Part shown: piece by piece, positions 26,291 through 38,910 of the stretch
How positions within the stretch are numbered: position 1 is the first letter of the stretch
Layout: each line of letters starts with the position of its first letter
NCBI RefSeq assembly: GCF_963921235.1
Contig: NC_086097.1
Span: forward strand, 151,220,001 to 151,284,000
From: Mobula hypostoma
Lineage: Eukaryota
Length of the DNA: 64,000 nucleotides
Reading direction: 5' to 3'
The notes under the pieces: generated by a model
Told to the model about the DNA's origin: nothing
The model's database searches: none
Seen by the model: the letters and a program-made list of their open reading frames with translations, nothing else
Position numbers and translations under genes: made by a program

Positions 26291-27439
26291 TTTGAGGGGA
26301 TTATTGTATTGAATTATCCTTCATCCTTCAGGTGAGAAATTCATAAAACAATATTTGGCCTGAGTAAAAGCTGTTCCCCAGTAATGAACAGATTCTATTT
26401 TCACAGACATCCATCAGTTGATTTTCTCCATCAGGCAGAGCAAGGTACACAAAAATCACTTGCTGTGGTAATCACAATATTGTACTGAATGGTATCAAAA
26501 GCACATAAGAGTGACAAGAAAGAACAACAACTAAACGTGGAGAAAGAAAGGAAATTAGTTCTGCCATTTGTAGGGACAGATTTTTATACATACTTTGGAC
26601 TTTGAAATGCAATGATATTATGGGAGCTCATCATAAGTAAGAGTATTGGCCTGTATATGAAAACTGATCACAATGCTGCCCTTCTGTTCTGAGGCTATCC
26701 TAGCCTCTCTACATGGTTCAAATTGAGTCTTGATGGGGCACTCAACAATGAAAAAGTTCACTGTCATGCTGGAAAAAGTTCTTTGCTTGTTTGGTACTCA
26801 TCCAACACTTCAAATATTCACTCTCTCCATCACAAGCACATTTTTCCTGCAGGATCTACCAACAAGAAAATACATTATAGCCATTCTTGATGTGCAGAAT
26901 CTGCAGAGCTCACAGCCTCTAACTGAAGGTTAATGCCAACTGAAACATGGAATCAATGGTTTAAGAAAGTGTTTCAGAATTGCTTTCTTAAATGCTTTAG
27001 GGATGGTCAACAATTTCCAGTCTTTCTAATATCATTGTTATATTCCAAGATAATAAAGCAGAGATTGGAGCTACAAATAACTTAGTGCTTGAGCACTCTA
27101 GCAATAAGAAGTTGGAGCATTCCTGTACTCATTGTAAAACTTATTAGACTACCTTCTTCATACCACACTCAATGGTGGGCCACAAAAGTTGACAGGATGT
27201 GAGCCTCTGATTAAAACCACTCAACTGTCTGAAATAATGCTGCAGCTCATGGAAGGCGGATTAGCAATCAGATACCTTCTGATTCTACTTCGAGAGGTAT
27301 ACTTCCACAAACTGTAACTCAGCAAGTGATAAACAGTACACAGTATTGAAGCACTCATGCACTAATTTTGTGTATTCAAGTACTCAAACACCAGCCCCTG
27401 CTTGCCAGGCAAATATTTTGGGGACCTATGGGAAAAACA

Positions 27440-27923
27440 TACAGTAAGTGCCAAGATAGATGGAGGGACAGGTAACATTGCAGAGATAAAAAGTCTACAG
27501 AAAGACGTGGACAAGCTAGGAAAGTGGGCAAAGCAGTGAAAGGCGGAATACAGCGCAGGGAACCGTGAGGTTATGCTTTCTGGAATGAAGAATAAAGGTG
27601 TCGACAAAGTTCGAAAGGGGAGAAAATTCAAAACTAGAGGTGCAAAGGGAGTTGGGAGTTCAAGATCAAGATTCCCTTAAGCTTAACTTGCAGGTTGAGT
27701 CAGTAGTAAAATGGCAAATACAATGTTAGCATTCATTTCAAGCGGATTAGAATATGAAAGAAAGGATGTACTGCTGAGGCTCTGTAAGGAACGGGTCAGA
27801 CTGTATTTGGATTATTGTTGGAAATTTTGGACCCTCTATCTATGGAAGGACGTTCTGGTCTTGAAAAGGGTCCAGAGGAGTTTCACAAGAATGCTCCAGG
27901 AAATGAAAGGTTTAATATATGAG
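27440..27923 (+). mobile_element. CR1 3' fragment, continues at ~29813-29920 after a Gypsy insertion
   Basis: ANTMLAFISSGLEY..KDVLLRL..VR..LDYC..FW..YL.KDVLVL.RVQRSFTRM. Confidence 0.8.
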
Positions 27924-29812
27924 TATTAGATCTGCACAGGCAGGCGTCTCTCAGTCTCCACCCAGCTAACAAGTTTTCAACTCATTGCCTGCAGCATATT
28001 TAAACCCAGCTCTCATCTACAGTCCTTGTTCACTCACCGAACAAGCCAACCTCAATCAGTTGCTCCTAGCCCCGAGTTACCTTGTTGCCTGTTGCGTTTA
28101 GTATCTGTTCTCTCCCACTTTGTGGCTCCTCGTGGCTTGTTATTTTTTTCAGTCTATTACTAAAGTTATCATTCATTGTTGAATCATCTCCACTACTCTG
28201 CTTCTGGGTTAAGCCTCCTCTATTTGTTCTGACAGGATGAGTGAACCAGAGATTGACCCAGCAGAGTTTGCTTACCTATAGGAAGTTATCCGTTGACACA
28301 AGCACACGATCCAGAAGCAACAGGAAACTGTTGACCATCTGCTTGCCACTCTTAAGCAACTGTCTGTCTCAATACAGCATCCCTGAGACAGTCAACCTTT
28401 TCCCTCAGAGCCCCAGATTCTGGTGCTCACCATTAAATGGGGCTTGGAGGAATGGAGACATTGGTTGATGGGAAACACTGAGCCCTTCTTGATTTGGACT
28501 GACCACCAGGACCTCATATCCATACAACAGATCCACCAACTCAGCCCACATCAGGCTTGCTAGGCCCACTTCCTCAAGCAATTCAACTTCTTCATCTCCT
28601 ACTAACTCAGCCCGAAGAACTTTAAGGCAGACACCCTGTCCTGACTGTTCGACCCAGCTGAAATGATGATCAACCCTCCATCCAGCATTCCATCTACACG
28701 CCATGCGTCTCACATCTTAAGAACTATATCCACCATGCTCTACAGCACAAGCCTGATCCAGCCGACACAGCTGACAACCATATTTTCTTGCTGCTGGCCA
28801 TGTGCATTGAAACACCCCAGTAGGCCCACTTCTCACCCCTTTCTGACATCCAGGCACGTCACAGACTCGGGATTTTCTGTGTCACCATTTCTGGTGGCCC
28901 TCCATGATTGCAGGTGTACTTCAATTCATCGCTGCCTCCAGTCCAGTTCCTCCAATCTGTAGCCCTCTGGCCTACCAGTCCCTTGACACCAGTGATCCTA
29001 CATCGTCATGGACTTCACGACAAGTTTTCCACTTTCCGTTGGGGCCATGGTGATCATCCAGTGTTGGACCAGTTCTCCAAGGCTGCCTGCTTCATTACCC
29101 TCCCCAAATTTCCTTCAGCTGCTGAGACAGCAGATCTGGTTCTCCAATATGTAATTCCCCTCCACAAATTGCCTCAGGACATTATGTCGGACTGGGGCCC
29201 ACAATTTGTCTTCTGCTGTTTGTGAGCCTTCTGTTACCTCCTCCTCACTTCAGTGAGTTTGTCCTCTGGTTATCACCTGCAGATCAATGGACATGCAGAA
29301 AGAGCCAATCTGCAAGTGAAGAAGTTTCTGCGATGCTTCATTGCCTCTGACCCTTTCACGTGGAAGAAGTATCTGCACTGGACCGAGACTTCCCACAATC
29401 CTTACATGTCCTCTGCCACAGATATGTCACCCTTTAAGAATTTCATGGCTACGAATGCCTGTTGTTCCTTGCAGAGGAGCCAGAGACGGAGGTCCCATCT
29501 GCTCGGGCCCTGGTTTATTGACGTCAGAATGCTCAGAAGAAGGCACAGAGAGTCATTCTAGCTGCCAGCTGTGCCTACTGCTGCCAGACGAATCAAGGGT
29601 GGTGCCCAGCCAGCTCGCTCCAGTCTGGCTGTACACCCAAGATATACCCCTACGCATCAACTCCCGCATGTTTACACCCGGGCTCATTGGTCCCATTAAA
29701 ATTACCCATCGCACTTACCATCTTCAGCTGTCACCATCCCTCAGGATAACACCTACTGAATTGTCTCAGCTGCTCTACTTTTGCATCAAGCCCCCTCGAC
29801 ATTTCCTGAAAG
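27924..29812 (+). mobile_element. Internally deleted Gypsy LTR retrotransposon
   Basis: 5' LTR ends TTCTGACA at 28234. RNase H remnant GCTTGGAGGAATGGAGACATTGG (LEEWRHW). Integrase motifs [36 protein letters not shown]. Partial 3' LTR at ~29757-29811. TGAG on both sides. Confidence 0.85.
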
Positions 29813-29920
29813 TGAGGTGCATTTGATGATTCAAGTTCTGTACTCAGATGAGTTCAGAATGATGAAGAGAACCTGATAACAAAAGGCTTGGATAGAGTGG
29901 ATATAGAGAGAATGCCTCCA

Positions 29921-30915
29921 TCAAAATCAGGTTTATTATCACCAGCATATGTCATGAAATTTATTAACTTAACCACAGCAGTTCAATGCAATACATGATA
30001 AATAAATAAATTGCAGTATGTATATATACTCTATGTATATTAAATAGATTAAAACAATAATAATATATAATTTTAAAAGTGAGGTAGCATTCATGGGTTC
30101 AATGTCCTTTTAGGAATCATATAGCAGAGGGGAAGAAGCTGTTCCTGAATTCTTGAGTGTGTGCTTTTGTACCTCCTTCTTGATAGTAACAATGAGAAGA
30201 GGGCATCCCCTTAAAAATGGACGTCGCCTTTCTGAGACACACTCTTTGAAGGTGTCTTGGGTACTACGGAGGCTAGTATGCAAGAAGGAGCTGACTACTT
30301 TTACAACTTTCTGTAGCTCTTTTCGGTCCTGTGTAGCAGTCCCCGCTCTTCCATACCAGACAGTGATGCAGCCTGTCAGAATGCGCTCCATGATACATCT
30401 GTAAAGTTTTCAAATGTTTTAGTTGACAAACCAAATCTCTTCAGATTCCTAATGAAATATGGTCACTATTTTGCCTTCGTTATAAGCATTGATATGTTGA
30501 GACCAGAGATCTGGACACCCGGGACTTGAAATTGCTCGCTCTCTCCATTTCTGACCCCTCAGTGAGGGTTGGTTCATGTTTCCTCGTCTTACCTTTCCAG
30601 AAGTCCACAATCAGCTCTTTGGTCTTACTGGCGTTGAGAGCAAAGTTGTTGCTGTTACACTACTCAACTAGCTGGTATATCTCGCTCCTGTAGGCCCTCT
30701 CACCTTATCTGAGATTCTATGATCAATGGTTTATCATCAGCAAATTTATAAATGGCATTTGAGCTATACCTAGCCAACCAGTCATGGGTATAGAAAGAGA
30801 AGAGCAGTGGGATATGCACAAACCCCTGAGGTGCACCAATGTTGATTGTCAGTGAGGAGGAGATATCGCCAATCTACACAAATTCTGGTCTTCTGCTTAG
30901 GAAGTCAAGGATCCA
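29921..30915 (-). mobile_element. Rex1/Babar-like LINE 3' portion
   Basis: ERILTGCITVWYG...QDRKELQKVVK (30110-30391). The 3' end TCAGGTTTATTATCACC also occurs at 30961 and 58410. Confidence 0.85.
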
Positions 30916-30960
30916 TATTCATCAGACAGCATCCTGACATAAGTGTTTATATTGTCCATG

Positions 30961-31298
30961 TCAGAATCAGAATCAGGTTTATTATCACCGGCATGTGACG
31001 TGAAGTTTGTTAACTTAGCAGCAGCAGTTCAATGCAATACATAATCTAGCAGAGAGAGAAAAAAATAATAATAATAAATAAAATAGAACATAATAATAAA
31101 TAAACAAGTAAATCAATTACGTATATTGAATAGATTATTTTAAAATGTGCAAAAACAGAAGTACTGTATATTAAAAAAGGTGAGGTAGTGTCCAAAACTT
31201 CACTGTCCATTTAGGATCGGATGGCAGAGGGGAAGAAGCTGTTTCTGAATCGCTGAGAGTGTGCCTTCAGGCTCCTGTACCTCCTACCTGATGGTAAC
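30961..31298 (-). mobile_element. Rex1/Babar-like LINE 3' end with (TTCTGA)n tail; shorter copy at 58410-58535
   Basis: TCAGAATCAGAATCAGGTTTATTATCACC.GCATGTGACGTG is shared between the copies. Confidence 0.8.
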
Positions 31299-32966
31299 CT
31301 AAGGCCATGTGAAGAACCACTGAGGTTGCATCTGTCGAAGAAATTAGTGGAAGAATCTAAGATCCAAAGGCATAGCCTCAGAATAAAGGGGTCTTTATTT
31401 ATAATAATACCTCTTTCCTTATTCTACTAATTTCTAGTATAATGTCACACCCACATTTCAATTACTGACAATGAAGTTGAATGGATGATAATTTAGAAAA
31501 CTAATGAATGCCCAACCTTGCTGAGAGAATAATGGTGTGGGCCATTGTAACATATTTAAAACCACTTATAATTCTGGTATTTATATGATTCAAGAATGGT
31601 GCTCTGGGGGAGGTAGTAATGAATGAAAAATGGCAGTGGCAAAGTTGATTTCCATTATTCCATTATAATTTAGATATTAAGACCCCAAGGAGATGTAGAC
31701 AATTAAATCAATAGCAAAATGATGTGGTGGGTGTATCTGTACTAATTGGAGGTCAATAGCAGGCACTTGGTTCCTGAAAGTCAATATTTATTCACTTTGT
31801 AGGTATGGTTTATTGACTGAAGCTTGTAAAGAAATGCTTAGCTCCATTACTCCATCAAATATTTAATACTAGACTTCTTCAGCCTTTTTTTGCAGGCACA
31901 CCTCCATTTTATTCCAATGAATACTTGTGAACATTGGAAAGGTTTTGTTATGAATAATCATTTATTTAGTAAGTATTTCAATGAAGTTATAATTAGATTT
32001 GGTAAAGATCTAGGGACTCTTTTGACACTGAACATGTCCACTGTCAACAGGATACGAGATGAACCCATCATTCTGAAGTGTATCAGAGGGTTATGAAAAG
32101 CAAAGAAGGAGAGACTCAGATGAGTGAATGAAAATATAGACAACTTTGGGGAAAATTTAAACCCCAAAGAAAATGAAACCATGCCACGTGATAGGGGAGT
32201 TCAAAAGAGCTGGAAAAAGCTGTAACTCCAAAGAGAGTCAGTGATGTACAAAAGGACAAAAAACTGCAAGATTCAGAGAAATGACTTTAGCTTGGAGGAG
32301 CCTGTGGAAATAAATTTGAATAATTTGGATCATTTGCAGTTTATGAAGGATTGAAAATGAGAGAACAATGGGGAGGATATTTGAGAGAATCAACTTTGAT
32401 TTTCAAAATTATCATGATGAATTTCAATGAAAACATAATAACCTAAGAAATTGAAGAAGGGATATGCTACTTGGCACCTCACTCTTAACTCACAGCTTTG
32501 CTTCATCACCATATCTAGACATGCTACAATGGTATATTATTTGTTTCTGTTTCATAAATCTATGCTTAGCCTACCTAATTTTATTTTTATTCTTGAAGGG
32601 TGAGATTAGGCTAAGAATGAGGCAGCTATTGTGCGGAGGTATAGATATTCTGAGTTTGAAATTAGGTTATGAATTGAACCACAGAGCAAGCTCGTGCACA
32701 ATCTGTTTCAAGCTAAGTGAGTTGCTAAGGGAAGAATGGACTCAGTAGTAAGAAAACAAAGCTTATAGAAAGAGTGTAGATGATTTTATTATATAATATC
32801 CACGCCCTTATCATGCATCAGTGGTTGATCTTCAGGCCAATGGAAATATGTTCTACTGTTTTTTTCAATCCACGTAGTCATATCCCAAGAACTTTTTTTA
32901 AAGTGGTGGAAATAAATAGAGGCTGCATTACAATCCATCAGATGTGACACAAATGTGCCTTATATA

Positions 32967-33488
32967 CGAGGGGTGATTGATAAGTTCGTATCTAAGGTAG
33001 AAGGAGTCAATTTTAGAAAATCTAGCACATTTTTTTTCAACATAGTCCCCTCCTACATTTACACACTTAGTCCAGCAGTCGTGGAGCATATGGATCCCTT
33101 CTTTGTAGAAGTCCGTGTCTTGGATCTCCAGAAAGTGGTTCACAGCAGGGGTGATTGATAAGTTCGTGGCCTACAGTAGAAGAGATGAGTTATACAGCTC
33201 TCGTTACATGCACATGCAGTTTAGCTCTTTGAGTGATTATGCAGAAAGTTTAAAGTTAATAACTCATCTCCTTCTACCTCAGGCCACAAACTTATCAATC
33301 ACCCCTGCTGAGGACGACTTTCTGGAGATCCAAGACGCCAACTTCTACAAAGAAGGGATCCATATGCTCCATGACCACTGGACTAAGTGTGTAAATGTAG
33401 GAGGGGACTATGTTGAAAAATAAATGTGCTAAGTTTTCTAAAATTGACTCCTTCTACCTTAGGACACGAACTTATCAATCACCCCTCG
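32967..33488. mobile_element. Mariner-derived palindromic non-autonomous element (MITE-like), TA-flanked
   Basis: TIR CGAGGGGTGATTGATAAGTTCGT at both ends. TA at 32965-66 and 33489-90. Both arms encode the mariner transposase C-terminus FYKEGIHMLHDxWTKCVNVGGDYVEK in opposite orientations. Confidence 0.9.
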
Positions 33489-35270
33489 TATCTAAATCAC
33501 CTTCATACTATTTGATTATGTGATTCGTTTTTAATGGTGGGAAGCTCTTATGTTCATACGATGGTTGGAGGTAGATGGGGAAGGAGACATGGTGTTTGCA
33601 CACTCTGCCATTTGATCTTTTATTTATTTAACAGAGGCATAAGTGAAGGTTTGGGTGAAGATGTCTGAAGCTACATGTATAAATAAAGGATACTTTCAAG
33701 CTGTTTGATCATGAGCTGGATGATATCAGAGCAGTGTACATGTCATCAATGTCCTAAGCTCAACCTAACACTTACTGAATTCTAATGCAAAAGCATCCTA
33801 TTGCAGATGCTGGTAATAAAAATACTTAAACTGTCACGATTAACAACTAAAACAAATTTAAATATTTAACAAAACTGAATTCCAAGACCTGAAAGTTGCC
33901 TAATACTTACCTTGATCCTTTGTGGCTGTTTCTCTCAGTCAATATCAACAGAGCTACTGACCCTTTGTCAGTTTGGAAATGGTTCAGGAGAATTGCTCAG
34001 ACAAAGCCCTGAAGATCTGCAGGAAATTCACATTCCTTTACCAGAATCTCAGAGCACAGTGGAAGATTCTGCTTGTAATAAAAGTGGTAAACAGTTGTAA
34101 AGATATTCAGGAATTCTGCATTTCAGCATGCGAGCACAGTAATCCTGATCATGATAATATTTACCGAAGAAATACTGACAATTTCATATAAGAATCCTGT
34201 CAATTCTCAGAAGAGTCTAGAGATAATCTCTACTTGTCTCTGCACAAATACTGGCTGACATACATGTCTACAATATTTAATGAGCAAGGATATTCACCCA
34301 ACAACAAAAAATGCCTGGTCTTCTCATAATACTTCAGTCAAAACCAAACTTTCACAAAAAAAGTCATTTATGATGCTGCTTTTCACACCCAACCAGTTCA
34401 GTTCCACAGTCACGTGTAGCAAAAATGTGTTACTGGAAACTAATAGATTGTAAGAATATTTGCTATCCCAAATCACCACAGGACTATGCTACAATCCCCC
34501 TTTGTGCTACTCACCTTTCCCAAGTTTTCAAGCTCTCATTGGTGTCTGGTTCCATATAAGCAAGAAACTTATTGATACCTTGATGAAGAAACTGTTTCTC
34601 TTGTGTGAGTATATATCCTCAATAGTTAGCAATGATATCCTACTTTCAACTGCCTTTGATGTTTTGCAGAAGGAAGTCACTGGATATCGGTCAAAAGAAG
34701 GAGCATAACCTGACTTTCTCCTTGGCTCGTAGTTATAAGCCATAGCTCCTGCACAAACTCTTACTGAGATCAGAAGCTGACAGCTCCTGCTTTATTTGGA
34801 TGCCATTTAACTACTAGTTACACCTAGGTTCTTTTGTCATAAAATTTCACACAACAAAATCAATAACTCAGTGTCAACGTTTGTGTCCCCATTTAAACAA
34901 TAGAGAACCCAAGGACATCTTATCTGTAGTTACCTTTACTGTACTCATGTCAGAAGGATAGCTGTCTTTTTGTAGGTTGATCATGTTGCCTCATCGTGTT
35001 TGCATATTTTAAATTTGTAGAGATTAGTTTCATCTTTTTCCTAATCCTGCTCCATGTTTAATGAAGCAGACAAAGCTACTTAAAAGTAAATTATAATCAG
35101 AGAGCCTTTTGAAAGAAAAATTAGGAATTAAGTCTTGCTCTATTTGTAGCATGAGCTGTTTGACATTCAAGATCAGATAGATGCAGGCTGTTTCAGCATC
35201 AACACAGTATTTTTATTTTGCTGGGGTCACATTGTGTTACTCCTGCTTTACAAGGGAAAACAAGGTTCTA

Positions 35271-35838
35271 CACGCAGTAGCCACTTTATTAGGTACAGCA
35301 GGTGCCTAATAAAGTAGCCACAGAGTGCATTCCTGTATGTTCATAGTCCTTCTGCTGCTGAGGCACATCGACTTCATGTTTGATGTGTTGGGTATTCAAG
35401 AATGCTGTTCTGCACACCACTGTTGTAACACGTAGTTATTTGAGTTACTGTCACCTTCCTGACAGCTTGAACCAGTCTGGCCATTTTCCTCTGACCTCTC
35501 TCATTAACGACGCATTTCCCCCCACAGAACTGCCACTCACCAGATGTTTCTTCTGTTTCTCACACCTTTCTCTGTTAACACTAGGGACTGTTGTGCATGA
35601 AAATCGCAGACAATCAGCAGTTTCAGAGATATTCGAGCCACCCTGTCTGGCACCAACAATCATTCCACAATCAAAGTCACTTAGGTCACCTATCTTCCCC
35701 ACTATGATATTTGGTCTGGACAAGAACTGAAACTCTGCATGCTTTTAAGCATTGAGGTGCAGCTATATGATTGGCTGATGAAATATTTGCATTATTGAGC
35801 AGCAATACAGGTGTATCTAATAAAGCGACCACTGAGGT
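35271..35838 (-). mobile_element. Tc1-like non-autonomous DNA transposon
   Basis: TIR CACGCAGTAGCCACTTTATTAGGTACA / TGTATCTAATAAAGCGACCACTGAG. Transposase N-terminal HTH remnant GDLSDFDCGMIVGARQGGSNISETA. Confidence 0.85.
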
Positions 35839-37189
35839 TATATACATAATGGAAGGCCTTTCATGCATCTGCAAACTGAGTGACAAACTAGACCACTTGG
35901 GTGCTATTGTGTTATGGATATATGTCAGCCTCAAGAGCAGTTGAGTACGCTTGGTTATTATCATGGAACCTGCTATGTATTAGAACAGACAGGTGGATAT
36001 TCAGTTTAAAGTCTCATAGCAAGAAGTGGATGCTCAACAACACAATACACTCACAGTACTGCACAGAGAACCAGTGTAGATTTGGAAGTAAGGCTGAAAT
36101 TCATCCCTTGACTCAGGAATAAGAGTGAACCGAGCTGGCGAAAAGTGGACATTCAATATTTTTAATTCCTTTGAAGGTCACAAAGTACACATTTACATTT
36201 TGATATTAGAATAGGACTAACCCACTCTGCCTCATGAAACTGTTCCTCACCATTCAGTTGGTTCCCAGTTAAATTTTACATACCTGTTTTGATTATTGAT
36301 ACCTTTACTTAAAGAACTGTTGATTTTTGCATTGATAATTTCAACTCCTGCACCTGTAGCCTTCTGATTCCTCCTGTTTTCTAGTAAAAGCTGCTTCTTG
36401 ATTTTCTTCCAGATTTGGTTGAAGTTTAATTTGAAGTTGGTTCCCTGTAGATTCGTCATTTTCTCAAATTCTATTTTTTAATGATTTAAAAAACCCTAAT
36501 GAACTCATTTTACAAGTTCTAAGACTGAAGATAGGGCAAGTTTGTGCAGCTACTCCTCATAAATAAAGGTTCTGATTTCTTTCTGGTGAACTTGGGCCAT
36601 TCTGACACTTATTGACCATCTTTTGATGAGATGAGAAACAACTGCCTGGTTCAGGAATAACAGAATAGGTCAGGTTAGTGAATGCATTGAGAAGCCACCA
36701 ATAGTCATACAACCATTGGCCAGCTGAAAGATTCCTTATGCAATGTGTGATATGTCACATGAGGTCTCCTTCTCATCAGCCTGAAAGCTCATCCTGAGAG
36801 AAAACCCCACTCAAATGCAGCAGAACATGCAATCTAACTTAATTCATTTCTTTGATTTTTAACTTATTAATTGTTTATATTTTATTTGATTATTTCATTG
36901 CTTGAGGTCTTTTTCTTTCATGAAATACAGTAATTCTGCTAAATTACATTCTCTACGTTTTACTCAGAACAGATAAAAATAGGTACCATTCATACTCTAT
37001 TTTGCAAAGCAGTATAAATAACTCACAAGTGCTTATTAAGTCAGTGTTGCTCTTCAGCATGGTTTCTAATTATATTATTTAATAATACCATGTACCAATT
37101 AATAAATGCAATAGTTGTTCTCATGGCCTGTGGAAACTGAGGAAACATCAGATATTGAAAGTCATCTGCAATGAAGAGGATAATAAATT

Positions 37190-38345
37190 GGAGGCTTGTG
37201 ATCAGTGGTGGGCCACAGGAGTCCATGATGGGTCTATAGTTGCTTATCATCCACATAAATGATTTGGATGGCAATGTTGTTGGGACAGACACTGAAACTG
37301 GTGATGTAGTGGATGGTAATCTAAGATTACTGCAGGATCTAAATGAACTTTGGAAGTGAGCAAAGGAATGGCAGATGGAATTTAATTCCAATAAGTGTGA
37401 GCTGTTACGTTTTGGTAAGTTAAACCAGGGCAGCTCATACACAATAAATGGTAGGGCTCTGGAGAGTATTGTAGAACAGAGGGGCCTAGAGGTACATTTC
37501 CCTGAAAGTGCGACACAGGTTCAAAGGTTCAAAGGTTCAATTTAATGTCAGAGAAATGTATACAATATACATCCTGAAATGCTTTTTCTTTGCAAAACAT
37601 CCACAAAAACAAAGAAATGCCCCAAAGAATGAATGAAAGTTAAACGTGAGAACCCCAAAGTCACCCCCCAACAGCTTCCCCCTCCTATGCGTAAGTGGAG
37701 GCAAGCAACAAGTTGGTAAGAAAGGTATTTGGTATTGCTTAGTATAATCAATCAGGGCATTAAGTGCAGGAGTTGAACATGATGATACAACTGTAACAAG
37801 TAATTTGTGAGACCACACTCGGAGTACTTAGTGCATTCTGGTCTCCTAATTATTGGAAGGATGGCATTAGGGTGTAAAGAGTTCAGAAAAGATCTGTGTG
37901 AATGTTACTGAGACTGGAGAGCTTGAGTTGAAAGGAGAGGCTGAGTAGCCTGGGATATTTTACCCTGAAGCTTAGAGACTGAGCAAAGGGTGACCCTCTA
38001 CAGGTACAGCATATAAAATTGTATGGGGTGTAGATACGGTGAATGTTCACTATCTTTTTTCCCAGGGTAGGGGCATCTAGAACTAGAAGGCATAGATTTA
38101 AGGTGAAAGTGGAAAGATTTAAAAGGGATCTAAAGGGCAGCTTTTTCAGAGAGTGTGATGGTATATGGAACAAGCTATAAGATTGAGATGTAGAGATGAG
38201 TACAATTACAATGTTTAAAAGACATTTAGACAGTTACATGGATAGAAAAATCTAGAAGGATATGGGCCAAACAGGATTAGTTTAGATAGAGGTTTCGGTC
38301 AGCATAGACGAGTTGTGCCTGCTTTCCTGCTGTGTGACTCTGCAA
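37190..38345 (+). mobile_element. Decayed CR1 3' portion, interrupted at 37519-37710
   Basis: GAATGGCAGATGGAATTTAATTCCAATAAGTGTGAG, GAGACCACACTCGGAGTAC, AGAACTAGAAGGCATAGATTTAAGGTG. Confidence 0.8.
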
Positions 38346-38910
38346 CAGATGTTGCCAGTCAAAATTTTAAATTGTATTTCATTATAGAATTAGAACTGAA
38401 GATGTAAAGAATATAGATCAGCTATATTAATGCTATGGATCTGCCTCCCTGTTGTAGAAGTTTGCTCACTGGGAGAACCTAACATTTACATGCACATTCC
38501 AAATGATTTTCCATTAATAATTGACCAGAAATTGGGGAGGTACACATATGAATTGTTAGTTTGAGCTTTCGTTTGTAACGATCTTTACTGGCATTGAAAA
38601 TAGGTAAAATTTGTTTTTTTATAAGACTTGCCTTTTATGAATTAATTGATGTTATACTCAATATAAATACTAAGTAATATCTATGTCTATTTCTATTAGT
38701 AACTGTTGTAAGATACTTTATTTTTTAAAAAGTACAGCTTAATTCTATTTCACACTGAATTATCAATTAATATTTCATTATTATTTTCAATTTGATGGAT
38801 TGACCAAAGAGTGCTCTTCTATCCTGCCTATGTCAGTGAATAACTAGCTAGTATTATGAATAACATTATCCCGGGCCTTGTTGGCAAGTCTGGGAGTTCC
38901 ATAAATATAC

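Noticed and set aside
26852..34086. Plus-strand exon-like segments at ~26852-26927 and ~33939-34086
   Set aside because: Weak donor sites, incompatible phases and no recognisable protein. Indistinguishable from chance.
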